A stretch of DNA of 64,000 nucleotides from Armatimonadota bacterium (GTDB lineage Bacteria > Armatimonadota > Fimbriimonadia > Fimbriimonadales > Fimbriimonadaceae). The position numbers and the translations under genes were made by a program. Where the stretch lies: positions 62,001 through 126,000 of the forward strand of contig JANNQV010000032.1 of assembly GCA_031400935.1 (NCBI GenBank). Direction: 5' to 3'. Within the stretch, counting starts at the first letter, position 1. Each line of letters opens with the position of its first letter. Positions 27,109-36,120 of this stretch are shown one piece after another. The notes beneath the pieces were generated by a model. The model was not told where the DNA came from, did no database searches, and worked only from the letters and a program-made list of their open reading frames with translations.

Positions 27109-28257
27109 ATGAGCGCAACAACAATGCATCCAAACTACAGCCCTGGTCTCGAAGGTGTGATCGGGGGCGTCACGACTATTTCCGAAATTGTCAGCGAAAC
27201 GAGCACGCTGATTTATCGCGGATACGACGTGCATGATTTAGCTAGCCGAGGCTCTTTCGAGCAAACGGCATATCTTTTACTGTTCGGCAAATTGCCTAAC
27301 CAAACTGAACTTGTAGCATTCACAAAAACTCTTGCTGAAGAACGTGAGGTACCCGAACAAGTTTATATGGCTCTAAAGCAGCTTCCTGCAAATACGCATC
27401 CGATGGACATTGCAAAGGTTGGGTTCGCGGCTTATGCGCCGTTCGACCCAGACTACGCTGCTGTTGCGACTGACATGGAAGCGAATCGCCGCAAAGCTGT
27501 TCGAATTCTTGCGAAAGCGAGCACCATTGTAGGAAACGGCCACCGAATTCGAAAGGGCCAAGAGCCGTTGAAGCCGAACCCGAGCCACACAATTGCACAG
27601 AACTTCCTCTATCTCATGTCTGGCGAATCTCCAAACGAGCGAACCGCACATGTTTTGGACAGTTCCTTGACGCTGTATGCTGAACATGGGTACAACGCTT
27701 CAACTTTTGCCTGCCGAGTAACGGTTGCAACCCTTAGCGACATCTATAGCGGAATCGTAACAGGAATCGGGACGCTTCGAGGCACGCTTCACGGCGGCGC
27801 CAACGAAGAAGCCATGAAGATGATCATGGAAATCGGTTCTTCAGACAAGGCAGAAGTTTGGATTCGAGACGCACTCGCAACCAAGAAGAAGATCATGGGA
27901 TTTGGCCATCGCGAATACAAAAAGCGCGACCCTAGAGCGATTTACCTCACAAAGGTTGCAAAAGAGCTTTGCATCGAAAAGGGACAAACGGAATGGAGCG
28001 CCATTGCGGACATTCTTGAGAACGTAATGGAAACCGAAAAGGGAATCTATCCGAATGTTGATTTCCCTGCTGCTTATGCTTACTACGTTTTAGGTATTCC
28101 GATCGACCTTTACACGCCGATCTTTGTAATTGCGCGAGTGAGCGGCTGGTCGGCGCACGTGCTTGAGCAGCTTGCGAACAATCGCCTGATTCGCCCGGCT
28201 TGCATCTACGAAGGGCCAGAGCACGAAACCTGGGTGCCCATCGAAGAAAGGGTCTGA
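27109..28257 (+). CDS. prpC: 2-methylcitrate synthase / citrate synthase
   Basis: GLEGVI, YAEHGYNASTF, LHGGANE, IMGFGHR, YPNVDF, RLIRP; adjacent to prpB. Confidence 0.85.
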   Translation: MSATTMHPNYSPGLEGVIGGVTTISEIVSETSTLIYRGYDVHDLASRGSFEQTAYLLLFGKLPNQTELVAFTKTLAEEREVPEQVYMALKQLPANTHPMDIAKVGFAAYAPFDPDYAAVATDMEANRRKAVRILAKASTIVGNGHRIRKGQEPLKPNPSHTIAQNFLYLMSGESPNERTAHVLDSSLTLYAEHGYNASTFACRVTVATLSDIYSGIVTGIGTLRGTLHGGANEEAMKMIMEIGSSDKAEVWIRDALATKKKIMGFGHREYKKRDPRAIYLTKVAKELCIEKGQTEWSAIADILENVMETEKGIYPNVDFPAAYAYYVLGIPIDLYTPIFVIARVSGWSAHVLEQLANNRLIRPACIYEGPEHETWVPIEERV

Positions 28258-28360
28258 TACTTTCAATTTAAAAGAAGAATAGGACCTATAGGGCAAATTA
28301 GTCCTTTAGGTCCTATTTGACCTACCATGCCTATTTTTTGAATCAGCTATAGCTGCTTTC

Positions 28361-28410
28361 AAACAAAGAAAAGCGCGTTGATTTAGACCGAAGTCAATTC
28401 CAACGCGCTT
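28361..28410 (-). terminator. Intrinsic terminator ending the putative ncRNA
   Basis: Stem AAGCGCGTTG/CAACGCGCTT with inner GAC(TTCG)GTC, followed on the minus strand by TTCTTTGTTT. Confidence 0.75.
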
Positions 28411-28870
28411 CCTTCTGCTAGCCGTTACAGTTACCGAAGTATCTGCCGTTCTAACAAAACTCAGTTTTTGTTGCAAGGTATCGCGACCGAAGTCGTGCTA
28501 CTGGTCCGCAACGCCTACTAAGTATCGGTCATCCGCAGGTCGAAAGAGGAAACCTCTCCCGACCCTGCTTTGGCTCGTTGACAAGTCAACCTGCCTCTGC
28601 ATGCGGAAACCGCATTGTCTCTTGTTGCAATGAAAGCGAACCTTGACCGCTTTCATGCTACTTTCGCCGGGACAAGATTCAAGAGAACCCTGCGAGGTCG
28701 CAAGAAACATTTGCTCTTTTGGCCGTCTTAACCGTGCCTCTGGCGGTCCGAAAACCGTTTGCAAAACTCGTTTGCTCTGAGCGCGTGCTTTGGCTGATCA
28801 GGACCGTGATCCCTTTCTCTCCGTTTTGATTACTCGCTTCGGAGGAGACTTTCGTCTCTCGCTTGGCACG
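28362..28870 (-). ncRNA. Putative large (~500 nt) highly structured non-coding RNA of unknown family
   Basis: Upstream promoter, more than 10 hairpins including three C(UUCG)G loops plus GAAA and CUUG loops, G-U pairs that work only on the minus strand, 3' intrinsic terminator, no credible ORF. Confidence 0.75.
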
Positions 28871-28875
28871 TGAAT

Positions 28876-28904
28876 ACTTTATCCCATTGGAAACCGTTTG
28901 TGAA
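28876..28904 (-). promoter_or_regulatory. sigma70 promoter for the putative ncRNA
   Basis: TTCACA (28899-28904), 17 nt, TAAAGT (28876-28881); A-tract UP-like element upstream. Confidence 0.65.
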
Positions 28905-29048
28905 GTACTTTTTTTATGAGTTTTTCACCATTGGCGGTGGAAAAGTGTGGCAAAAGCCCTTTGCAGATTCGCACGATTTACAACAAAATGGTGGAAAACT
29001 TTTGAAAAAAAGTGACGATTACCCTTGACAAGATTTTGTTCGGCGTTT

Positions 29049-30170
29049 CTACCTGGTCGTGAAAGACCACTTTCGGCTGATGTCTTCGCCTTGAGGAGAC
29101 ATCGCGATCACCGAAACTTGATAGGTTGTCCTAGGTTTCAAAGGCTTTACAGGGATCAAAAACACAGAGTCTGTTAGCTGAGTGTCGTTTTCGGGAGAAT
29201 TGACAGCGAACTCAACCGATGTTTCCAAAGGGAGTTCAACTAGCGAAGCTTCCTGAAATCGAATCGGTTTGGGGTCAGAAGTGGCTCGACTAAAGACAAT
29301 TGGATAACCGGTTGGCGTAGAAAGGGCTTTGTGAATTCGTAGCGGATTGGGTCGCTCATTGCCATTCCAAGATAACGGAGCCCCTCTTTGCCCATCGCAA
29401 GGATGAACAATTGTTTCTGGAGTGCGAATGTCGCCGAACACGATAACAAGCCTTTCACCAAACTGCGAACCACCTGCTTCGACTTCGCCGCCTGCCAGAA
29501 AAGCTTGGCGGTGATAGGGCGCACCTATTAGCAGATCAAGTGCCTCATCCAGGTTTGCTCGTCCAGACTGAACCACTTCCATGCTTCCACCCACATAGCC
29601 AAATGCGTTTAAACGGTCGTCGGGAGTGATTCCAACAAAATTCGGCCTTCCTTCACCTTGATAATGGCCAGTCAGCCGGTTTTCGGAAAGGTATTTGGCA
29701 TGTTGACTTGCGGCTGCACACATTGATCGGTTGGCTGTAACAGGTCGCAAGCCAAGTGAAGCTCTAAAATCGTTTACTTTTTTCAAAACAAGTTCTTGAT
29801 CGGAACTTGTTTCAGGAATTGTGGTTTGAGCATTTGCTACAACATCCACGGTCCAATCTTTGCGAACGGTGATTTCGTCTGAAGACGTGGCCCCCATCTC
29901 GATTTTATGCTCGCCTTGTCGAAGTTGCGAAGGAGGTTGGGCTTCTATTCTGCGGAAGTTCTCAACGTATCTAGACGGAATCTCGACACCATCAACTTTG
30001 CACCAGACTTTTGTTACAACTGAACCTTTGTCGCCCCACACTTGCCACTGCAATAAGGGTGTGGAAATCATAAGCTGACCTTTCGGCCCAGCTGCACGGC
30101 TCCAAAGACTGGCATGAGCCACAGAAGTAGCCAGCGAGAGTCCTAGTAACAAATATCGGCAAATCCGCAT
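29049..30170 (-). CDS. Secreted CAP/SCP-domain protein with Ig-like flanking domains
   Basis: Signal peptide; VNDFRASLGL..AAASQHAKYL..GH..APYHR; PLKPRTTYQV..WSFTT. Confidence 0.85.
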   Translation of the reverse strand: MRICRYLLLGLSLATSVAHASLWSRAAGPKGQLMISTPLLQWQVWGDKGSVVTKVWCKVDGVEIPSRYVENFRRIEAQPPSQLRQGEHKIEMGATSSDEITVRKDWTVDVVANAQTTIPETSSDQELVLKKVNDFRASLGLRPVTANRSMCAAASQHAKYLSENRLTGHYQGEGRPNFVGITPDDRLNAFGYVGGSMEVVQSGRANLDEALDLLIGAPYHRQAFLAGGEVEAGGSQFGERLVIVFGDIRTPETIVHPCDGQRGAPLSWNGNERPNPLRIHKALSTPTGYPIVFSRATSDPKPIRFQEASLVELPLETSVEFAVNSPENDTQLTDSVFLIPVKPLKPRTTYQVSVIAMSPQGEDISRKWSFTTR

Positions 30171-30356
30171 TTATAGTTCAAATCTTCCGCAAATTTGTCA
30201 AAATCTGTAGCCAGTAATGTGCGGGTTTTTTGCGATAATCTATTTCAAGAGTGCAAATGACAACGCTTTGATACCAAAATTTCGTCTAAGTTGTTGAAAT
30301 CGTGCATTTGAAAAGACGGAATATATCCGAAAATAAACTGTGATAGTTGAAAAATC

Positions 30357-32144
30357 ATGAGCGGCCAAACAGGAACATTGGGCAAATATCAAATCATCCG
30401 AGAAATTGCCCGGTCAAATGATATTGTCTACGAGGCTTACGATCCTATTATGAACCGGCGGGTCGCGCTCAAGGAACTTGCTGTTTTGTCTGGCTCAACA
30501 GATCAGCAAAAGAGTGACCGCAGAACCCGATTTTTGCGTGAAGCTAGAGCCGCTGGAACGCTCACGCATCCAAACATCGTCACGATATACGAATACGGCG
30601 AAGAGGCTAGCAGGCACTACATTGCCATGGAGTTTCTCGATGGGCATACATTAAGAAATGAAATAGATACTCATGGATTCCTGCCAACTGACCGCGCAAT
30701 AGAAATCTCGATCGAAATTCTCGAAGCTCTAGATTACGCACATACTCATGGCGTCATTCACCGTGACATCAAGCCAGACAACGTTCAGCTGCTTCCAGAT
30801 GGGCGAATTAAGATTACAGATTTTGGAATCGCCCGATTGACATTCGAGCCAAACCTTACAATAGATGGACAAGTGTTCGGAACTCCCAGCTATATGTCGC
30901 CTGAACAGGTCGTCGGCAAGGAAATAGATGCGAGAAGCGATTTGTTTTCAGTTGGAGTTTTGCTATATGAAATGGTTGCTGGAAAAAAGCCGTTCGGTGG
31001 AGATTCGGTTGTAAGCATCACGTACGCAATCATGAACACGACTCCGACTCAGCCTTCGCAGGCTAATTGGGCTCTATGGCAAGTGATCGAACGCGCATTG
31101 GATAAATCGGTTCAACTTCGACAAGCGTCGGCGAAGGAGATGATTTCGGCGCTTGTTTCTGTACAACGAGGCGCTCAAAGCGTAGTTCAAGACCCATCGC
31201 CAGCGCTCGGAATGCCAACCGCGATGCCGATGCCTTCAACAGCGCCCCCGCCAAACAATCCGTACGTTGGCAACCCGTACCTAAACAACCCGTATGGGGC
31301 ACCACCTCCCCAGATTCCGAACTCAGCTCCAGGAACCTATGCATACAACCCGTTTGGATCTGGGCAATCGCCGTCAATTGGCTATCCGCAGAATCCACAA
31401 TTGCCTACAGGCAACTACGTGCCGCCGCCAGTTTATTATCCGCCGCCACCTCGCACACCAATGATGCGGCCTGAATCGAGGCAGTTCCTAGGAAAACTTC
31501 TTATTGCAATTCTGGTTCTCGGGACGTTTTTTGGGCTTGTCATTGTTTTAGTTACTACGCTTAGTACTGCTTTTCAACGAGATGCGGCTATGAGGCAAGA
31601 TTCATCCGCGCTCGAGCAATTGCAAACGGCAGTTTCTGGTTCAACGGAAACGGCGATAAACGTATACGAAACCACAATTCCGAAGTTGAAAGACAACGTA
31701 AATCGCGCTTCTGCAATGAGTCAACTTGCAGTTTTATATGAAAGAAAGGGCAAGGAATTCATGCGGGCTCGCGATTATGTCCGCGCAGAGGAGTGGTTCA
31801 AGAAAGCGACAGAAACGGACTCAATAAACGCGGCATATCCAAGCGATCTTGGCGAACTCTATTCGATAGTAGCCAGCCAAGAATCAAATTCAAGCCAGAG
31901 GCTTGTTCAGCGCGAAGAGGCCGCCAAACATTGGGCGCAGGCAGTAGCTTTGGAAACGATGAATTCGGTTCGGCTTGCCGAATACAAAGATGCAGCGGCG
32001 GCGGCTTATGTTGAGCTTGCTAATGAAAACGTATTGAATAGCAACATTGACATAGCAAGGTCGGCACTGCTAAAAGCTCTTGACTATGTGAGTCCTGGCA
32101 GCAACAAAGCGCAAACGATCGAGAATCAACTTAGTAACTTGTAG
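30357..32144 (+). CDS. Hanks-type Ser/Thr kinase with Pro-rich linker, TM helix and TPR-like extracytoplasmic domain
   Basis: VALKE, HPNIV, HRDIKPDN, TDFGIA, GTPSYMSPEQ, SDLFSVG. Confidence 0.93.
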   Translation: MSGQTGTLGKYQIIREIARSNDIVYEAYDPIMNRRVALKELAVLSGSTDQQKSDRRTRFLREARAAGTLTHPNIVTIYEYGEEASRHYIAMEFLDGHTLRNEIDTHGFLPTDRAIEISIEILEALDYAHTHGVIHRDIKPDNVQLLPDGRIKITDFGIARLTFEPNLTIDGQVFGTPSYMSPEQVVGKEIDARSDLFSVGVLLYEMVAGKKPFGGDSVVSITYAIMNTTPTQPSQANWALWQVIERALDKSVQLRQASAKEMISALVSVQRGAQSVVQDPSPALGMPTAMPMPSTAPPPNNPYVGNPYLNNPYGAPPPQIPNSAPGTYAYNPFGSGQSPSIGYPQNPQLPTGNYVPPPVYYPPPPRTPMMRPESRQFLGKLLIAILVLGTFFGLVIVLVTTLSTAFQRDAAMRQDSSALEQLQTAVSGSTETAINVYETTIPKLKDNVNRASAMSQLAVLYERKGKEFMRARDYVRAEEWFKKATETDSINAAYPSDLGELYSIVASQESNSSQRLVQREEAAKHWAQAVALETMNSVRLAEYKDAAAAAYVELANENVLNSNIDIARSALLKALDYVSPGSNKAQTIENQLSNL

Positions 32145-32147
32145 AAC

Positions 32148-32190
32148 TGGAGCGCGGGATGCCAGGTGGAGCGCGGAATTTATTCCGCTC
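32148..32190. repeat. GGAGCGCGG REP-like pair between convergent genes
   Basis: TGGAGCGCGG twice, with GCGGAAT..ATTCCGC hairpin; same motif at 17168, 17700 (reverse) and 40122. Confidence 0.55.
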
Positions 32191-32223
32191 AAATACGAAT
32201 CGTTCACTTTCTTCCGCCAAATC

Positions 32224-33000
32224 CTATATCCCTTTCACCATTCCGCCATCTACCAGAATCGAAGTTCCAGTAATAAACGCCGCTTGTTGAGAGCAAAGAA
32301 ATGCAATAACTGCACCAATCTCTTCTGGCTTCCCCATTCTTCCGACGGGGATCACCTTCGCTTGCATCGCAATTTCATGCTCGAGAGATGTGCCATTCTG
32401 TTCCGCACGAATACCGCACAAATGCGTTTGCCTGTCAGTCAGCGTGTGGCCTGGCTGAACGGTATTCACGGTAATTCCGTGCTTAGCAAGTGCGTTAGAT
32501 TGCACTTTGGCTAGAGCTTCGATTCCGCTTCTAATTGTCGAAGAAATTGGCAACAAATCGTTAGGTTCCCTAGCGACCAAAGATGTGACATGGACAATTC
32601 TGCCCCACCCGTTTTCTGCCATTGAAGGGGCGACAAGCCTAACCATCCTTACAATATTCAGTAGCGTTGAGTCTATTCCCGTTTGCCATTGTTCGTCTGA
32701 AATCTGCATAACTGGACCTACCGGTGGCCCTCCCGTGTTTGTAATGAGAATATTCGACTCTCCAAGTTCAGATTTTGCGGCTTGAATCCAACTTTCAATG
32801 GACTCCAAACTTGAGACATCGCAGACGTGCCAATGGCAGTTGGGCGATACCTTTTCGGCGGCACTTCTCAAATTCGTTTCTGATCTGCCGCATATTGAAA
32901 CACGACATCCTTCTCCCGCCAACAGCTTGGCAGTTGCAAATCCGATGCCCTTGCTGGCAGCAGCGACAAGCGCAACTTTTCCCGAAATTCCGAGGTCCAT
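32224..33000 (-). CDS. SDR family oxidoreductase
   Basis: LVAAASKGIG, TNTGGPP, GITVNTVQPG, PVGRMGKPEE, VDGG. Confidence 0.92.
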   Translation of the reverse strand: MDLGISGKVALVAAASKGIGFATAKLLAGEGCRVSICGRSETNLRSAAEKVSPNCHWHVCDVSSLESIESWIQAAKSELGESNILITNTGGPPVGPVMQISDEQWQTGIDSTLLNIVRMVRLVAPSMAENGWGRIVHVTSLVAREPNDLLPISSTIRSGIEALAKVQSNALAKHGITVNTVQPGHTLTDRQTHLCGIRAEQNGTSLEHEIAMQAKVIPVGRMGKPEEIGAVIAFLCSQQAAFITGTSILVDGGMVKGI

Positions 33001-33046
33001 GGCTTAGTTTGACACCTGCTTGGCAAAAATCGGGATAATTCCTCTT

Positions 33047-33134
33047 GGAGCGATGGCAGAGCGGTTTAATGCGGCAGTCTTGAAAACTGTTGTGGGGCAA
33101 CTCACCGGGGGTTCGAATCCCCCTTGCTCCGCCA
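33047..33134 (+). tRNA. tRNA-Ser (anticodon TGA)
   Basis: GGAGCGA/TTGCTCC acceptor stem, anticodon arm GCAGT-CTTGAAA-ACTGT, long variable arm, GGTTCGAATCC, encoded CCA. Confidence 0.96.
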
Positions 33135-33345
33135 GAATTTTTTCGGTTGTTGGTTATTGGTTATTGGTTGTGGGATTTTGGTTATCGGTAAGTTCGAACA
33201 ACCTGCTAGCCATTTGGCAACCACCTGCCGACCACATGCTAACCCAATCTCTCTAAAGCATATTCAAGAATTTACACTTCGTGGAACTTTCCGAATTGAA
33301 ATTGTGGTAGACATACGTACCACGCAAATGTGGGAGGAGAAAAAG

Positions 33346-33756
33346 ATGTCTGAACAAACAATGGAAAATCATGCAATTGCAGTCGGCAACACGTTTTGCT
33401 GGCACGAACTCTACACGCCGAACAGCGAAGCATCGGTGAATTTCTATAAAGAATGCCTTGGATGGGGTACTCAAGAGATGGATATGGGCGAGATGGGCAC
33501 TTACACGATGCTCACCGTGGACGGAACTGCAGTCGCGGGAACGCAACAAACTGCTGGCAACCCTGAAATGGAAAATGTGCCGCCTCATTGGGCAATCTAT
33601 GTCGCCGTTGACGACGTTGATGCTCGATTGGCGAAGTGCTTGGCAAACGGAGCCACAAATTTAGTGCCGCCGATGGACATTCCATCCGTTGGCCGAATGG
33701 CTTTGGTTCAAGATCCGTTAGGTGCGACGTTCTGGCTGTACAAGTCAGCTCATTAA
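33346..33756 (+). CDS. VOC / glyoxalase family protein
   Basis: FCWHELYT..FYKECLGW, PPHWAIYVAVDDVD, GRMALVQDPLGA; RBS GGAGGA before ATG 33346. Confidence 0.9.
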   Translation: MSEQTMENHAIAVGNTFCWHELYTPNSEASVNFYKECLGWGTQEMDMGEMGTYTMLTVDGTAVAGTQQTAGNPEMENVPPHWAIYVAVDDVDARLAKCLANGATNLVPPMDIPSVGRMALVQDPLGATFWLYKSAH

Positions 33757-33765
33757 TAAGCTCAA

Positions 33766-33798
33766 GAGCGGTTCGGGTCAAATGGCCCGAGCCGTTTC
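33766..33798. terminator. Hairpin between convergent genes
   Basis: GAGCGGTTCGGGTCA/TGGCCCGAGCCGTTTC stem. Confidence 0.55.
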
Positions 33799-33800
33799 AA

Positions 33801-34859
33801 TCATTTTTGAGGTGAAAATACAATCAAATCCAAAAGTGGCTTGATTGTGTAACTGGTGCCTATGGAAGTAGGTTTACCATCAAAGAATTCTTGCCAGCGG
33901 ATGGGCAGCGAGGCACCATTATGCGACTGCCATTCTGAGAATTCACGGCGAGCTAAGCCCATAAATGAATTTGGACCACGTCCTGTAAATTCTTGTGCCA
34001 AGACTTTGCCTTCAGCAGATGTTTCAAGTTTTGTGGCAACGCCTTCATGCCAAACGTTTAACGTGGCTGGCGAATCAAAACTTGAAAATACATGGGCTCT
34101 TCGTTTAGCAATCGCCCACAGAACCGAGACAAAGTGTTGTCCTCGTTTGCGGGTCAAGGAACGAACTTGTTCTGGATGCATTTCAAAATCCCATTTGTGC
34201 TTGCTCACAAAACATGATTTCTTACCGTTTGTGGCGTTGCCATATTGATAATCGTCCCAAGTCTCGCCATCTGCATACATGCCATTTGCAAGATGGAAAG
34301 CGTATCGAGATTCAAACTTGTAAGTTCGATTCCCAGCAACATGACTTCCCAAATGGATCATTTCGAAAGCGCCAAGGTTTAGAATCGTATTACGCCCACC
34401 GTGAGCTGCCAATACTCTTTCTGCAAGCTTTTTGCCTTCGACGATTGATGCTCGCATGACCTTCGGCTTAGGGTCGTCGAATTCTAACAACTTCTCGGAA
34501 TGCTTTTCGAAAGTTTGTTTGCATGGAGCCGAAGCAAAGGAATAAAGCTTGCCTCCCTTCACCAGAAAGTGATTGGGATTGCCGATTCCGCTTAACGGTC
34601 CCATCCGGCCGCACGCCCCGCCAAACTGAAATTCGTATTTCTTAGGGTTCCTAATGAATTCTGCCTTCGATTCTGTGCTGGAAAATAGGTACGTGAACTC
34701 ATACCGCGACACTTCCAGATCAGCTTTGCCCGAAACCGATTCGCCTGTACGAACCAGAATTACTGGATCAAATCCAAAGACTCGCTTTACTCTGTCCTGG
34801 CCTTGACCCGAGACTGCACAAATGGTAAGTCCGAATAATAGAGTGAGACCGTACTTCAT
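33801..34859 (-). CDS. Secreted YHS-domain protein
   Basis: Signal peptide; GFDPV..TYLFSS..KAEF..NPKKY..QFGGAC and a second YHS-like unit KLYSFAS..CKQTF. Confidence 0.7.
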   Translation of the reverse strand: MKYGLTLLFGLTICAVSGQGQDRVKRVFGFDPVILVRTGESVSGKADLEVSRYEFTYLFSSTESKAEFIRNPKKYEFQFGGACGRMGPLSGIGNPNHFLVKGGKLYSFASAPCKQTFEKHSEKLLEFDDPKPKVMRASIVEGKKLAERVLAAHGGRNTILNLGAFEMIHLGSHVAGNRTYKFESRYAFHLANGMYADGETWDDYQYGNATNGKKSCFVSKHKWDFEMHPEQVRSLTRKRGQHFVSVLWAIAKRRAHVFSSFDSPATLNVWHEGVATKLETSAEGKVLAQEFTGRGPNSFMGLARREFSEWQSHNGASLPIRWQEFFDGKPTSIGTSYTIKPLLDLIVFSPQK

Positions 34860-35371
34860 TTCAGTTCATTTCCCTTTACTTTCGTTCTGTCATAGGACAT
34901 GAGTGGTTTCCATTCTGCCCCTTGCTTCATCCAAAACTCGGTTTTCATCACTTCTGGTTTCGGAAAAGAGATGGCAACTTTGTACTCGACATCCTTGTGC
35001 CCCGCGTGCTGAAACTCCAGAATGATCTTGTCTGCTTCCATCCAGCCGAAGCCCGAGTAAGCTTCTGGGCCGCCGTGAACGTCCATGTAAATCAGCTTCT
35101 TGTCCTTTTTCAAATATGCGTAGTACGACTCCGAAATCATTGGATTTTTGGGATCTGCAGCAATGGATGAAATCGCCTTGACAGCGCTTTTATTCGGTCC
35201 CCAAACAAATTCGGCTTTAACTTCGACCATGCCTTGGGGGCCGACTATGTTTCCCGCCCAAGTTGTGCCGACAAGCGTCTCAAGTTTTTGATAGGCTTTC
35301 AAGGCTGGATCGTCTTGAGTCGTTGTAAGGTTTGCTAGTGAAAATGGAAAGAGGAGTGCAAGTTTTATCAT
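34856..35371 (-). CDS. Hypothetical secreted protein
   Basis: Signal peptide, LVGTTWAG, beta-rich; translationally coupled to the downstream gene. Confidence 0.7.
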   Translation of the reverse strand: MIKLALLFPFSLANLTTTQDDPALKAYQKLETLVGTTWAGNIVGPQGMVEVKAEFVWGPNKSAVKAISSIAADPKNPMISESYYAYLKKDKKLIYMDVHGGPEAYSGFGWMEADKIILEFQHAGHKDVEYKVAISFPKPEVMKTEFWMKQGAEWKPLMSYDRTKVKGNELK

Positions 35372-35380
35372 GTTTTTTTC

Positions 35381-36022
35381 CTAAAGTTCGTGTGGAGATA
35401 GTGGGGACTGCCTTGGTGCCGACCAGCTAATTTCGTCGCGTATGAGCCTTTCATAGTAGTCCCGCAACACAGCAATGGAGTCCTCAAATGGCTCGGCAGA
35501 TCGAGAAGTGCGGCTAAGCATCAGGCCGCCTTCTAGTACGGCCAAAGTGAAAAGTGCAATTTGCTTTGGTTCGATTTCCTTCGGAAATCGGTCGCGGGCA
35601 TCTTGAATGCAAATCTCAATCGCTTCAATCCAGTTGTCAAAATTGGATTGCAAAAGGGCTCGCACTCCAGGGTGGCTGTTTGAAACTTCTAAAGCCAGGT
35701 TTCCAATAGGGCAACCAAGCTCGAATTCAAACATCAGCAAAAGTTGCCGGTAGCTATCGAGCACACCAAATATCCGCTCGACAGGATCCGAGATTCGTTC
35801 GTATACAGGCTGAAGTAGGCCTTCCCAAATGTGAGTTCGATACCAATCCAATACTGCAAGCAACAAATCTTCCTTAGTTGGAAAGAAATAATACAGGCTT
35901 CCACCGCGCACGCCAGCAGCCGTCTGAATTTGCGACATACCTGTGCCGTTATAGCCGTTAACCAAAAAGAGGTCACGGGCGGCTTCGACGATTCGATCCC
36001 TTGTACTAATAGTTTCGTTCAT
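35381..36022 (-). CDS. TetR/AcrR family regulator (NemR/LmrA-like)
   Basis: TRDRIVEAARDLF...GSLYYFFPTKEDL; GCPIGNLALE. Confidence 0.92.
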   Translation of the reverse strand: MNETISTRDRIVEAARDLFLVNGYNGTGMSQIQTAAGVRGGSLYYFFPTKEDLLLAVLDWYRTHIWEGLLQPVYERISDPVERIFGVLDSYRQLLLMFEFELGCPIGNLALEVSNSHPGVRALLQSNFDNWIEAIEICIQDARDRFPKEIEPKQIALFTLAVLEGGLMLSRTSRSAEPFEDSIAVLRDYYERLIRDEISWSAPRQSPLSPHEL

Positions 36023-36120
36023 AGGGTTGGACGATCATCTCAGAGTGGGACGACCAACCAACATAATATCTAATTGCTTTCAAAAAGTCAAGCTGTTCTT
36101 GAAAAAACTCAGAAATTGTT

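Noticed and set aside
28498..28764. 88-aa minus-strand ORF
   Set aside because: TTG start without SD, no protein-like features, and buried in dense RNA hairpins
28362..28870. RNase P RNA, tmRNA, 6S, SRP or rRNA fragment
   Set aside because: No GAGGAAAGUCC motif, no tRNA-like ends or CCA, too long for 6S/SRP, and no recognisable rRNA motifs; an Rfam scan is still needed
28919..29010. Replication origin (DnaA boxes)
   Set aside because: Motifs have two or more mismatches to TTATCCACA, are few, and no dnaA/dnaN is nearby
33047..36022. Genomic island integrated at tRNA-Ser
   Set aside because: No integrase and no duplicated tRNA 3' end seen in the window
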